Assembly: GCA_951406725.2 (NCBI GenBank)
Contig: OX597820.1
Coordinates: forward strand, 46,748,001 to 46,812,000
Direction: 5' to 3'
Length of the DNA stretch: 64,000 nucleotides
DNA from: Octopus vulgaris
Lineage: Eukaryota
Shown here: one piece after another, positions 1-13,125 of the stretch
Layout: every line of letters starts with the position of its first letter
Numbering within the stretch: the stretch's first letter is position 1
Made by a program: the position numbers and the translations under genes
The notes under the pieces: generated by a model
What the model was told of the DNA's origin: nothing
What the model saw: the letters and a program-made list of their open reading frames with translations, nothing else
The model's database searches: none

Positions 1-807
1 CTATTTCGTCAAATGGTGTTTAGGTTTTGATTGACCAAATATCGTGGCTAAACTGTTGACTTTTTCCTCCCATTTCATTTTCTTTTTCGGTGTTTCGAGA
101 TATGCTGATAGCAGCAATAAGTTTAAAAAATTTATTGAGTAGGGAAAAGCAGCTAAAACGACTATGTCAGTATGTCGTAATTAACACACTACATGTTCCG
201 GCATCATGTCAACTCTGACTTCCAGTAGACAAACAAATGCATTCTAGCTGTGGCCATCCTGTCTTTTTCGTGGATATAGAAGACTCTACATGGCAATCAT
301 GTGTTGGAACATCAGAAACTGAAATTGGGATGATTTATTGCGAAAGTTCCGAGTGATTAGTAACGTAGCTAACAGAGGATGGGAACGGCTCTTTCAGGTC
401 TGCCGGATAAACCTGTACAGGCGGCGGGGAACGATAAACTCCATGGATGCCCCAAGCAAGACATACATTAAATGTCACTGCGAGTGATTTATTATGAAGC
501 TAAAATTATTAGGATTTATTTACACATATAAAGTTAGAACGATTTATTAATATTTTATATGAAAGCAAAAAATGATGTAATTAGAAAACCAAATTATAGC
601 ACAGAAACGTCGAATTTCAAAAAATTTCGGAATTTCTGTAGATGTTCCACGAATGGTGCGATATATATTTCTTTAATCCTGCTCCACATGCATTCTATTG
701 TGACTATCTGTTGCTGCATCGCTGGCATCAACATAGTGTAACCTGTAGCAATTAATTATAATGCAGGTGCCTGGAAATACTCATTGCATTATGGAAGGCA
801 GTAATAA

Positions 808-1385
808 GGCGCAAGCGAACAAAATCGTTAGCACGTCGGGCAAAATGCTTAGCGGCATTTCGTCCGTCCTTACGTTCTGAGTTCAAATTCGGCCGCGGTC
901 GACTTTGCCTTTCATTCTTTCGGGGTTGATAAATTAAGTAACAGTTGTGTACTGGGGTCGGTCTAATCGACTAGCACCCTCCCCAAAAATTTCGGGCCTT
1001 GTGCGTAAAGTAGAAAAGATTATTGAAGGCAGTAACAAAGCGGCGAGCTGGCAGAAACGTTAGCACACCGGGAGAAATGCTTTGCGGTATTTCGTCTGTC
1101 TTTACGTTCTGAGTTCAAATTCCGCCAAGGTAGACTTTGCCTTTCATCCTTTCGGGGACGACATAAAAAAAAGTGCCCGTTGAGTACGAGGTCGATCTAA
1201 TTGATTGTCCCCCTCCCCTAAAAATTTCAATCCTTATGCTGATAGTAGAAATTCTTCAAATGCCATTGAGGTCATCTTAGCCTTTTGAAGTCGAAAAAAT
1301 AATTACCAGTTAAACAGTAGGGTCGATACAGTCAACATGCTCCCTTCCCCTAAAAACTACTGGCCTTGTATCAAAATTTCAGACA
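808..1385 (+). mobile_element. Cluster of 2-3 copies of tRNA-derived SINE family A (central domain resembles the Meta/MESC domain)
   Basis: Head ggcgagctggcagaaacgttagcac, B-box gagttcaaattcc, core ggtcgactttgcctttcatcctttcggggtcgataaattaagtacc; the same sequence recurs more than 10 times in the window. Confidence 0.85.
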
Positions 1386-1454
1386 CTCATTATAGGCTGT
1401 AATGTGGAAGTACTTTGGTCTCTAGCGTAGCTAGGGATAGGTGTGAGGGAAAGG

Positions 1455-2697
1455 CAGTCCACTCCAGGTCGCGAAATTCTTTTCCTACGAGAGTTCCGAA
1501 TCCCAGTATTGAACTCATTTGCATACAGCCAATCAGAGTTCACTTTGACCTTGTTATCAAGTTAACAAAGGTGAGCATTCAAAATGGCGACCTCTGATTG
1601 CCATGCGAATCTTTGTCTAGTAAATTACGCAAATTGGCAACACTTATGGCATCATCTGCAAGCAGCTCTCCATTCCCTATATAAACTAAATTTCACATTT
1701 GTCACCCCTATTAACCCGTTTATAACAGTTAGATTTTGCTATAACGCACAATTTTCCACTGAACTCAACTAGAGTATTTTCCTGACTGGTCCTCAATGGG
1801 TCAATCAGAGTATGTTCCGAGGAATTGCTTTCTACACAACATATTTTGTCTATGGGGGGTTGTTGTTTGTTTGTTACCTCTCGAGCCACGCCTTGTTCAT
1901 AAGGGTCGGTTTCCCTGTTTCCTTGGCGTATAGGTTCACCTGGACGGGATGCCGGTCCGTCGCAAGTGAGCTGCAAGATGCAGGAGGAAAGAGTGAGAGA
2001 AAGTTGTGGCGAAAGAGTCAGCAGAAGTTCGCCATTACCTTCTGCCGGAGCCGAGTGGAGCTTAGGTGTTTCGCTCATAAACACACACATCGCCCGGTCT
2101 GAGATTCGAACCCGCGATCCCTCGACTGCGAGTCCGCTGCTCTAACCACTAGGCCATGTGCCTCCACGTATGGGGGTTAGAAATGTGTAATTCTCAAGAA
2201 AATTGAGAAAATGTGAAATTATATGTACAACGTGAATGGAGAGCTCACCCATGGTGTCATCAGTGTTGCCAATTTGCATAATTTACTAAAAAAAATGTAA
2301 ATGAGTCTAGTTTCCTTAATTTTTTTTGCCCAATTTTGCTAATTTCTCTTTTGAAATATTAAAAAAAATATTTGTTTAGGTTAGAACAGTGAAATTTCAC
2401 GAGTTTAGTTTCCCTTTAAGTAGCTACACTTTTAATGGGTAAATGATTTTACTTAACCAGTCCTATAGTTAATTCAAACTAACTTAAAAATACCCTTCAT
2501 ATATGTCCAAGTATTATCAGAAGAGAAAAGAAACATGGTCATTCCTTACCCAAGTTACCTTATCCTATCGCCCATCACTTGTTATGCGCTCATAAATTAA
2601 TTTGATAGATGAGCTCTGATTGGCTGTATGCAAATGAATTTATAATTGGGGTCCAGAACTCTCATGGGAAAAAAATTTCGTCTTCGGGTCACTCTTT
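1455..2697. mobile_element. Imperfectly palindromic non-autonomous DNA element (MITE-like) interrupted by a SINE
   Basis: 1475-1545 (ctcatttgcatacagccaatcagag) is inverted at 2610-2680 (ctctgattggctgtatgcaaatga); inner pair tagtaaattacgcaaattggcaacact / agtgttgccaatttgcataatttacta. Confidence 0.6.
1860..2167 (-). mobile_element. tRNA-derived SINE family C (similar to octopus OR-type SINEs)
   Basis: Reverse strand reads gtggaggcacatggcctagtggttagagcagcggactcgcagtcgagggatcgcgggttcgaatc; (CAA/CAAA) tail; flanked by tatggggg TSD-like duplication. Confidence 0.85.
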
Positions 2698-2944
2698 TAT
2701 GGGGAGGGACAGTTTTGGATTTGGCGTATAAGCCTATATAGGCTTGTGGTGTCCCGGGGCGGAAGCCGCAAACGTAAAGGATGCCCGGGTTGGCACACAC
2801 TTTAGCTGTCACTAACCTCGGTTGGACACAGGCACAAAACACATCAAAGGATCTGCCGTTTCACTACCCCTAGAACCACGTGGACTTCTCTATAACAACC
2901 ATGAGTGGTGGTGTGAGTCGAGAGAAATTTAACTGGTGGTTGTT

Positions 2945-3128
2945 TTAGCCCTTCGCTAAGGGGGTTCGCCGGACGGCACTGCCCCCCCCCCCACCTCACT
3001 ATTCAATGCACCCTTAGATTTACAGTGATACACTTATTTCGAAATTCCACTTCAGCATTATTACAAATTAGTGCCCACCCAGAATATCCTAAACACCCTC
3101 AGGCACCAAAGTTTGGCGATGGGCCTGG
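2945..3128. mobile_element. Short MITE with CAGGCCC(A/G)TCGC-type termini (hAT-like)
   Basis: Shares acaaattagtgcccacccagaatat...gatgggcctg with the copy at 40933-41091; termini gcccttcgc / gcgatgggcctg are inverted. Confidence 0.55.
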
Positions 3129-3592
3129 CCCCAAGATCAAGCCTAATCTAACAGATCTACGAACAAAAAACATTCTCCTCGTGCACATCTCGTCCTTTTA
3201 GTAGTTTCTAAGATTATCTTCATGTAATGTTTTCTCTTTTTTCAATATAGTGAGGTATTGATATGTTATGAATACGAATTATGACTATTTCATAACACGC
3301 CACAGAGTAAACTTGAAAGAAGGACAAAGTGAAAGTTCTGTCAGATTAATGACACCAATGCATTGGTATTCAGTTTGAGCTTCCAGAAATTAACTGGTGT
3401 CTCAAAAGCAACAAGAGACGACGTGTCTATGCTATCACTCGACTTACAGAAGTAGTAGCTAAATCCCTTTCAAATCATAACCCACTATCTTAAAGAAGGT
3501 GCATGGATAATGTAGTCACTGATATGTCTACCAACAGATGGAATACTCAGGGTTTGCATGATTATGATCATAGATCTGCTTGATGGCGGCTG

Positions 3593-4287
3593 GGATCTTT
3601 TCAGCTTGGCTGCCAATTTTCGAAAATTCAGAGTTTATTCAAAATTTTAAGATTTGGTACATTAATGTAGTTTTTTAAGCTGAATCTCAGGAAACACTTT
3701 TTCACTTTTTCCAGAAAAAACTTTTTCAAGATGTTATAGTTTAAAGTTTTATAATTTCCTCCCTTTGGAAATTTTCACTGTGTGCGTGTCAGCACGAGTT
3801 GTCAACTGAAAAACAATGAAATTCTGCTTTATGCACGCCATTACGCATAACTTTTTATTTCTTGGAATTTTCAGAAAATTTTTGCGAATTGGTATTCTAA
3901 ACGCAAGAATTCATGCGGTTATCCAAAAATAAAACAAAACCTTTTTTGGTGCGTGATTTAAGGCCTATTTGGCCATTATTTTTAGCAAATCTGACGACCA
4001 CTTCAATGAGTGGAATATATTTGTCAACACATGGTTTCTCGCAGACAAAAAAGTTCACATGCTTGGTGGTATGATACTATTGAAACAAGCATGAATGTGT
4101 CTGTGGCTTACGAATGGCTAAAATTACCAACATTTTGCAAACTTTAAAAGCTAATAACTCTTTATTTATTGGCTTATTGCGAAAATGAATTTCAAAGCAA
4201 TGATTTGCATATAAAATTCATTACACCGAATTTTAAATCAATTCGAACAGGAATTGAAGAGATTGAAAATTAGCAGCCAAAAGATCC
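3593..4287. mobile_element. Non-autonomous DNA transposon with GGATCTTTT TIRs (Merlin-like, long family)
   Basis: ggatcttttcagcttggctgccaattttc ... gaaaattagcagccaaaagatcc; degenerate 8-bp TSD ggcggctg/cgcggttg; related inverted copy at about 47690-48270. Confidence 0.65.
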
Positions 4288-4751
4288 CGCGGTTGTTTTG
4301 GTAATAACGTGGGTAGAAGAAAACTATAATCGTTTCACGGACGGGACAGCGACTGTAAGAGACGCGGTGCAATGGGTAATCTAGGTGGTATGTAATTAGT
4401 TCAGAGACATAAAGGTTGTCGTAGTACCGGATTATGCTAAGGCAGGGGCTGCAGCATATAAGTACACATTTGAAGGACAAATTTATATAGATGAGCAATC
4501 ATGGAGCAAAGGGAATCGAAATCAATACAGGGATTTCTCTTTAGAGGGATAGTCCTTGATTTTACAGCCCTAAATTCAAAACGATCAATGGGCGGCGCTT
4601 TTATGGTCCTAAATTATAATTGGTTTCAGGGTTGGACGTCCACGTGTGAAAATTACCATTGTTTACCCAAACAAGACATTGCCATAGGCCGAGAAAAGAT
4701 TTTTCTACCAGAAGACATTACGCTAAGAGTGGTGGTGGAGGAAAGAGTGTA

Positions 4752-4968
4752 AGGCGGCGAGCTGGCAGAAACGTTAGCACGCCGGGCGAAATGCGTAGCC
4801 GTATTTCGTCTGCCGTTAGGTTCTGAGTTCGAATTCCGCCGAGGTCGACTTTGCCTTTCATCCTTTCGGGGTCTATAAATTAAGTACCAGTTCACTGGAG
4901 TCGATGTAATCCCTTTGTCTGTCCTTGTTTGTCCCCTCTGTGTTTAGCCCCTTGTGGGTAGTAAAAAA
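4752..4968 (+). mobile_element. SINE family A, CpG-intact copy
   Basis: Full head, B-box and core, with the tail tttgtctgtccttgtttgtcccctctgtgtttagccccttgtggg. Confidence 0.9.
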
Positions 4969-6003
4969 CTAATTAATTGAATTGTAAAGAACAGTAAACG
5001 CGATTGCTTGAGGGTGAGGCGCAAACAAGGACGTCCATCTTCATTTTGTACATTTGTCATATTTTTCATTCATCGTTATATGTTTTATGTTTCCACTTGT
5101 ACTGTCTTGTCTCTCCTTGTATCGTCCCCATCTGTGTTTGGGCCATGAATGCCTAATAAAGAATCAAGAGGTTAGAGAAAGTTCCAGAGAAGATAAACAA
5201 ATACAGTATTCTTGGTCCCTGCTCGACCAATGTTTAAAGGAATCTCTTCGTCCACAATGCACTTCTCCAAGTGTGTACCATAGACACAATATCCTCATTT
5301 CTCACCACATAAATAATACCAGAGACACAAGTAGGTTGCACAGATAAAAAGTCCATAATAGACAAGTTTCTTGTTTTTCAATCCTAGGCTAAAGGAATCG
5401 TCGACTATAAAGAACAAAGTATTCTCCCGACTCCCATACGAAGCATTTCATTCCTGTTAATAATGTAACTACGAACTACTTTCTAATTCTGGTACAATAC
5501 TCAATTGGCAAGCAACTATGTAACTACGTAGATATTGCGAGATACTTGTGTAAAAATAAACGTTAATTAACCAACGTTCGAAGTAGGTTTTAACCAATTA
5601 ATTAAGACCCATCTAGCCAGCCCGACAAGATTTAAACATTACTATCATATATCATCATTTTTCTGGATTATAAAGAAGTAGTGAAAAAAAAAAAAGAAAC
5701 TATTGCATTAAAACTATTTTACGAACTATTCAAAACTTGGCAAAAATACCTGGTATTCAGTTGCAATATTTTTTTTTATCTTTATTGCTTTCACTTTACT
5801 CAATAACAAATTATTTTCATTAAAAATAAATGCCTTTCATTATTAGGTATCTTCACTGTCTGAAATATTTCTTTTCTTTTTTTTTTTTTTTTTTTTTTGA
5901 AACAGAAAATAAGCAGACCAAATGCAGAGCAGATGCACAAAAGTATGTGTAACCTTTTCGATTCAGAAAGTCTCTAGACATTTTGTAACATTAAAAGAGA
6001 CTG

Positions 6004-6004
<1 letters not shown>

Positions 6005-6042
<38 letters not shown>

Positions 6043-6132
6043 TATATAATACAGTATATGTATATATATAGTGTATATAATACAGTATATATATATATAT
6101 ATATATAGTGTATATATATTGTATATATATAC

Positions 6133-6194
<62 letters not shown>

Positions 6195-6391
6195 TGTATA
6201 TAATACTGTATTCGCCTTGATAGATCACTAGCCACTACACATTCTTTATTTTCTCTCCTTGTTTCTTTCTGTGGAAGAGCATAGGTTCGAAATGTTAAAG
6301 ACTTTTTCACTTCCCGAGTGTTATACTAATACATCTGTTTGTTATCTACACCACATGTCTTTGTCTTTTGTTTTGTTTTTTTGTGAATTCT

Positions 6392-6445
<54 letters not shown>
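6005..6445 (+). repeat. (TA)n microsatellite with an embedded Penelope-type 3' fragment (about 6195-6395) carrying a hammerhead-like motif
   Basis: Long TA runs on both sides; the insert matches 36698-36888; motif cttt-ctgtgga-a-gagc atag gttc-gaaa-tgtt-aaag at 6265-6300. Confidence 0.7.
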
Positions 6446-6449
<4 letters not shown>

Positions 6450-6729
6450 AATCTATGATGCTTAAAACACACAACCAGGAATTTTTGACTTTTGGCACAC
6501 TAGATTCTTTCTGACTTTATTCTATTTGCCGTTTTCTTGAGGTTTTTTTTTTTTAAATTAAAAACTTTTAAATGTTATTGTTTTTATCATCCCATAAATG
6601 GCGGTGCCCCAGCATGGCCACAGCATCTGTTAACTTCCAATGGTTCAAGACCATTGACAACATCAATCTCTTTGATCTAGGAGAGCTGTAAAGGCCAAAG
6701 TCACAGGCCTTTCTAGCAGACCAATCCAA

Positions 6730-7300
6730 TTAAAAACAAACTTACGTGGGAGACATAATCAAAAGTAGAAGTACACCAGAGTTGATATAATTCCAATTGG
6801 AAAGACAGCCCTATCAGTACATTCAGCAATGATGTAGTCTGGTTTAAATAAGCTATTGACAATTTAACTAAGGGATCCTTATGCCACACACAGTTGAAGG
6901 CTTTACTGATGTCAATAACAACAATGCTATCACCAAAGTTCTCAAGAGTTCTCAGTGAGTTGTGAGGTAGGAGGGCATATCTCCTGTAGAACTGGTTCTA
7001 AAGAAACTCTGCTAATGGTCACCAAGTAAAAGACAGACAAAAGGTGGTGAAAGAGGATTTTGTTTGTGACTGTTTCTATTGTCTTTGAGACATAGGAAGT
7101 AACTAGCATTTGAGAGGTTGACCTTTGTGGGAATAAGTCAGAGTTATATGTTTCCATAGATTGGAATAGATTCTTTTAGTGAGAAAAATATTGAAGTGTT
7201 TAGCAGTACAGGATATAAATCCTTGAAGTCACTGCTTGAAATTAATGGGAAAAAACACCTGTAAATTAGATCGCCTTACCAAGGTTGGCAGGAATAGAAT
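6730..7300 (-). pseudogene. Decayed non-LTR retrotransposon RT (CR1/Jockey-like)
   Basis: Minus-strand pieces VTSYVSKTIETVTNKILFHHL, FRTSSTGDMPSYL, LENFGDSIVVIDISKAFNCVWHK and INSGV match LINE RT motifs, with stops and frameshifts. Confidence 0.7.
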
Positions 7301-7639
7301 CTTAACATATTTGCTGACTGATGCATGAGATGGTGAGGTGGAAAATTTTGCTAATTCCATGCAATCTAAAACTGGAAGCAAAATAGGTTGTAAAGTGCTA
7401 TTTAGAAAGATATCTTAGCTGATGTTTTGGAAAAGATGCTGTCAAAGAAAAAATTGAGCTGAGATAGACGTTTTCAAGACAAAATAATTCCATATGGGTC
7501 TCTTATGTATGGATAGGAATCAAGTGGTGGAATATACTTAAATTTACCTCTTATTTTAACTTATTATATCTCTCTTAATTAAATTAGTCACTGACCTACT
7601 CAAAAGAGCCAGTAGCTCCTAGTATATGATATTAGTAAT

Positions 7640-7992
7640 ACAGTTCTATATTTAAGAAATGAGGAATTATGTACATTATTTTCATTTGACATATATTTGT
7701 CCTCATCTTGTTTGTTGTTAACACAACGTTTCAGCTGATATACTCTCCAGCCTTTCTTGGGGAAATTTCGAACCTGGGTTCTCATTCCTAGGGTATTTTT
7801 CAATGTTGTTGCTGTTCAGGTCACTGTCTGGAATCAAACTCAGAGTAGCCCACACTCTTAACCACTACACCATATGCCCACAGGCAATTACAGAGTGAAT
7901 TTTAGGGCTTATAAATTTGGAGGGCATATCATCCAAAACGTGTTGACAACAAACAAGATGAGGACAAATATCCATCAAATGTAAATAATGTA
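7640..7992 (-). mobile_element. tRNA-head plus hammerhead short retroelement, copy 1 (ribozyme core partly deleted)
   Basis: Minus strand: gggcatatggtgtagtggttaagag ... aaggctggagagtatatcagctgaaacgttgtgttaacaacaaacaagatgaggac; partial inverted copy of the 3' end at 7918-7992. Confidence 0.7.
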
Positions 7993-8242
7993 TGGTTTTA
8001 GTAGTTCATAATTTGTTGCTAGCGACATTTAGAAGGCCCCTAAAGAATCACTTGATTACTTGAAGTAACTACCAAATCTCCCTCAAATTATTTCCTAGCA
8101 TCATAAAGAAAGTTACACTGGTCAATGTAGTCCTTGATATATTACCTATGAAATGCCTCATGGCATAAATCTGCTTGATCAGACTTGACCTGGGGTTAAA
8201 TAACAACAACAACACTATATAAACATGTTGCTATGAACAATA

Positions 8243-8438
8243 ATGGTTTCAAACTTTGGAACAAGACTAGCAATTATCAACGCCAATACTCAAATTGTAC
8301 ATTTTTTTTATCAACTCTGTAAAGATGAAAGGCAAAATCAACCTTGATAGAATTTGAACTCAGAATGTAATGAGTCAGAAAAGAGACTGCATAGTATTTT
8401 TTCTGTCACTCTATAACAGTTTTGCAAGCTGACTAACC
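8243..8438 (-). mobile_element. Old SINE family A copy with TSD
   Basis: Degenerate core gatgaaaggcaaaatcaaccttgatagaatttgaactcagaatg; flanks gttgctatgaaca / gttactatgaaca. Confidence 0.65.
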
Positions 8439-8990
8439 TTGTTACTATGAACATTTATAAGAAGAGACCAAAGATTAATACAATACATAATACAAGAAAA
8501 ATTTTAGTAATATCTATTTTAAATAACATCCTAAAATATCTGGCCCCTGTTACTGAAAGTTGAATGAGCCAGATATACAGCATTAAGTATTGTCTCAAAG
8601 ATACAAAACAAATTGACTGCTAAATAAATTAAAGTCCTATGTGAGAGTAGTTCAATATCTAATCCAGCTGATTATTTTGACAAGCTGAAGAGTTAGAAAG
8701 TTTCTGGAATTAAAGACAGAAGAATAAAGATCTTTTAGTGAGTGAGATGTGAACAATTATAGTCAGAAGATCCCATAAATGTTGATTTCGATGTATAGAG
8801 AAGCAAACAATTCTCTATGAAGTTTATACTAGAGTGATGATGATAGAACTGGAAGTGAAGCTGCCATGTTAGTGTTTCAGTCATGACCCAAGGAATGGAA
8901 CTCATACATTATGAACTAGCAAAAGACTTCAGTCATCACTGCTTATGACTGACAGTAAGTCATTCCACTTAATACTGCTTATTTATATCA

Positions 8991-9375
8991 GGCGCAGGAG
9001 TAGCTTGCTTACCAACCACATGGTTCCGGGTTCAATGCCACTGCATGGCAGTTTGGGCAGGTGTCTCCTACTATAGCCTCAGGCCGACCAAAGCCTTGTG
9101 AGTGGATCTGGTAGACAGAAACTGAAAGAAGCCCGTCGTATATATGTATATATATATGTGTGTGTGTGTTTGTGTGTCTGTGTTTATCCCCCCCCCCAAC
9201 ATCGCTTAACAACCAATGCTGGTGTGTTTACATCCCCATAACTTAACGGTTCAGCAAAAAAGACCGATAGAATAAGTACTAGGCTTACAAAGAATAAGTC
9301 CTGGGGTTGATTTGTTCGACTAAAGGTGGTGCTCCAGCATGGCCACAGTCAAATGACCGAAACAAGCAAAAGAGT
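8991..9375 (+). mobile_element. tRNA-derived SINE family B with an internal TA/TG microsatellite
   Basis: catggttccgggttcaatgccactgc...gggcaggtgtctcctactatagcc...gaataagtactaggcttacaaagaataagtcc...gctccagcatggccacagtcaaatgac; many sibling copies. Confidence 0.85.
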
Positions 9376-9840
9376 ATCAGTGTAAACTGGGTCATTGAGG
9401 GTTAAGTGTTTTGATCACAGATTGAGGAAATGGTACTAAACCAGTGATAAAATTAAAGCAATGGTTCTTTCAGTTTGTTGTCTGATTTTCAATTATAGAT
9501 TGGCCATTCTTGGCTCTCATGCAGACAGATAATTTGGAAGGTGTATAATTGATTCAGTTTTACTTCCTCAGTGGGAAATTAAGATGCATCAACTGGAATT
9601 CCAGTTTTCATCCAAGTTTGCCTCTACATAACACTTTATGAGGAATATGTCAAGGTGCATTCCTCTTATCTGCTGGATTGTCAATTAGCTCAATGATTTC
9701 CAAAGTCACAAATAAAATACTTCCTTTCTCACCAAAACAAAAAAATGAAAATTATTTTGTCCCACATTTTCATCAACGAGAAAACAAAATAAATTTAGCA
9801 CCACACAATCCTTTTCCTTCACCACCATGCTAAACAAGTT

Positions 9841-10147
9841 TGGGCCTCCGTGCCGGTGGCACGTAAAAAGCACCATCCGATTGTGACCGTTGCCAGCCTC
9901 GCTTGGCCCCCCGTGCCAGTGGCACATAAAAAAGCATCATCCGACCGTGGCCGTTCGCCAGCCCTGTCTGGCACCTGTGCCGGTGGCACGTAAAAAGCAC
10001 CTACTACACTCACAGAGTGATTGGCATTAGGAAGGGCATCCAGCCGTAGAAACACTGCCAGATCAAACTGGGCCTGGTGCAGCCTTCTGGCTTTCCAGAC
10101 CCCAGTTGAACCGTCCAACCCATGCTAGCATGGAAAGCGGACGCTAA

Positions 10148-10178
<31 letters not shown>
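9841..10178 (+). mobile_element. 5'-truncated RTE-type LINE 3' UTR with (GAT)n tail
   Basis: Tandem gtggcacgtaaaaagcacc units, ggaagggcatccagccgtagaaac, atgatgatg tail; homologous to the 3' UTRs at 22330-22935 and 25400-25858. Confidence 0.8.
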
Positions 10179-10179
<1 letters not shown>

Positions 10180-11520
10180 AATACAATACAAGAAGGACAA
10201 TACACAAAAGTAGAGCAATTTGTCAACCTATCTTTCAATCCAACACTGTATAAATCCAATTCTACTCACCACAGAATCAGGTGATCCCAGTGACAGTCAC
10301 TCTACACCCATCACACAGTCCAAAAATCTATCTCACAGTTTCTTTACTATAAAGTCCACAAATCACCCAGTACTCCCCTCAATCTACTTCCCAATCTACA
10401 AATCCACCTGTCATTGCTTTAGTCCACCTTACATTCCTCTAATCTACCAAAGTCTATTAGTGCACCCTGTACAGGTCTAATTGATTAAACAGTCCTCAAA
10501 TCAAGTTGGCAGTCCTCCAATCCACTTTACAACACCTAGCCTTCCCAGCACTCTTCTCTTCATGCTTGTTCTAAACTAGATATAAACTTAATCCAATGAT
10601 ATCTCCGTTGCCAGGAATACTATTTGTTGATCAACAAAATCATTAAACCTGATTTATCAGAATTGGTTGATGTTGTCTCTTAGGACATACACTTACAAAC
10701 AAACAGCTATGCACAGCAATTAGATACGTAAATACGTGTGTGTCTGTGTCTGTGTGTGTCTGTCTGTGTCTGTGTGTATATGACTGTGTAGTTAAGAACC
10801 TTGCATCCCAACCACATTATTTTGAGTTCAATCCTACTGTACGGCACCTTGTGTGAGTGTCTTCAACTATAGTTCTGGACCTACCAAAACCTCAGAAGTG
10901 AATTTGACAGATGGGCATCTGAAAGAAGCCTGTTGTAAATATATATATATATATTTATATATATATGGTCAGAAGGGTGGGGGCCATTTGTGCTTCCGTT
11001 TTCTTGTTTTGATATCATATGATAGTTCTAAATGAGTATCACTATCATACAAGTGCTGTTCTACATTTCAAATCTTCTTTGTAAACAGGTCTACCAATGG
11101 GCAAATATTACTTTGCTTAAAGGTTAGCAGCAGGAAGAGTACCCAGCTGTAAAAACATTTGCCTCAGAGAATTCCATCTCAAACATGCAAGTATGGAAAT
11201 ATGATCGTTAAAACGATGTTGATGTGCACACACACACACACATACACACATATACACACACACACACATACACACATATACACACACACACACACACTGA
11301 TATTTAATTGTAAGATCCAAGGATCTAAGTGTAGGAAGTTAGTAGACTTCAAGCAGTCTGTTGGTAGGAATAAGAATACAATAGTAGGAACAATAGTAGT
11401 TTATTGACGTAAAAGGTTGTAAGTTTTTCCCATTTCGAAGTTTGATAAGCTGAAAAACGTTTTTTTTATAGCATACAGTTAGCAACTAGTCTTGCTATGA
11501 ATGCAAATAAAAATCCAAAT

Positions 11521-11740
11521 TGAGCATGTAAAATCCAGCCTATGTTTGCTTCCTAGCTAGCAGACCCTTGGAAGTAATAATTACTCACCAAGGAGTACTC
11601 CACTATCTACCCATCAGGCTGAAGATTCCTTAGTTAAATGAAGTTTACATTTTAAACTATATCTCTGGCAAGTTAAAATGTGATTCCTTTATGACAATGT
11701 TAGCTAGGAAATATATGTAGCTTGGATTTTACTTGCTCCA
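11521..11740. mobile_element. Small MITE-like inverted repeat element
   Basis: gagcatgtaaaatccagcctatgtttgcttcctagcta versus tagctaggaaatatatgtagcttggattttacttgctc. Confidence 0.5.
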
Positions 11741-11759
11741 TTCCCTCAATTTGGATATA

Positions 11760-11887
11760 CAGTAGTACCTTGGTTTTCAAACAACTCTGATAATGAATAG
11801 ATCATGCTTTATCTGCTGTCTTTCTCATATTCATTTAATACAGTAGTACCTCAGTTTGCAAACGCCTCTGATCATGAATAAATTATG

Positions 11888-11925
<38 letters not shown>

Positions 11926-12203
11926 CCTGGCCCCCGTGCTGGTGGCACATAAAAAGCACCATCCAATCATGGCCGTTGCCAGCCTCGCCTGGCACCTGTG
12001 TGGGTGGCACGTAAAAAGCACCCACTACACTCACGGAGTGGTTGGCGTTAGGAAGGGCATCCAGCCGTAGAAACACTGCCAGATCAGACTGGGCCTGGTG
12101 CAGCCTTCTGGCTTCCCAGACCCCAGTTGAACCGTCCAAGCCATGCTAGCATGGAAAGCGGATGCTAAATGATGATGATGATGATGATGATATATATATA
12201 AAT

Positions 12204-12250
<47 letters not shown>

Positions 12251-12571
12251 TTATAGTTATATAAATAAGGATAAGATCGTTATTTAAATATCAAACTTAT
12301 CAAGTGGCCAGCATGGGAATAAAAACCTTCAAAGGTAATAATTATTATTAAAATTATAATTTAGATTATCTAAGAGATACCACCATGCTGGAAATAGCAG
12401 CCAAAACTTGACTCTAAAACCACATTAAATGTTTATACAGCACCAGGACAGAAGACAAAAAGACAAAATAACCTAGCAAAAAAATTACTGAATAATTCCA
12501 GATAATTTTAAATATATATATATAAAGCACGATTCATTTGTGATCAGAGTTGTTCAAAAGCCAAGGTGCTA

Positions 12572-12574
<3 letters not shown>
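11760..12574. mobile_element. Tigger-like MITE termini with nested insertions (RTE tail 11926-12190, TA repeats)
   Basis: ta-cagtagtacct at 11760 and 11841; inverted end ccaaggtgctactg near 12574. Confidence 0.5.
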
Positions 12575-12603
<29 letters not shown>

Positions 12604-12904
12604 CATCATTATCATAATTATTTAACATCCACTTTGCCACGCTTGAATTTGTTGAGGTAGATTTTCTACAGACAGGTGCCCTTCCTGTTGCTAACCCTCA
12701 CCTGTTTCCAAGTAACGTAATATTCCCCATAACCAAACTTGTTTTCATGGAAGATTAGAAATGAATGACACTGCTTGCATGACAAAGACTCTCATTTACA
12801 ACTATCACATGAAGTATACTTATTCTCGTTTCTGTCACAACAAAATAATTTCATTTTATCATAGCAAAATTATCCACTTCCATTTTATGATATTTAAAAT
12901 GACC

Positions 12905-13125
12905 TAATATTGGTTTCAAATTTTGGCACAAGGCCAGCAATTTCGAAGGAGGGGGTAAGTCGACTACATCGACCCCAGTGTTCAACTGGTACTTATTTTA
13001 TGAACCCAAAAAGGATGCAAGGTGAAGTCAACCTTGGCAGAATTTGAACTCAGACTGTAAAGATAGATGAAATGTCACTAAGAATTTTGCCAGGTGTGCT
13101 AATGATTCTGCCAGCTCGCCACCTT
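12905..13125 (-). mobile_element. SINE family A (CpG-decayed)
   Basis: gaagtcaaccttggcagaatttgaactcagactg ... ttctgccagctcgccacc. Confidence 0.8.

Noticed and set aside
370-495. EDGNGSFRS resembling the OTU protease motif DGNCLFR
   Set aside because: The catalytic Cys is absent, the frame is broken and the match is too short
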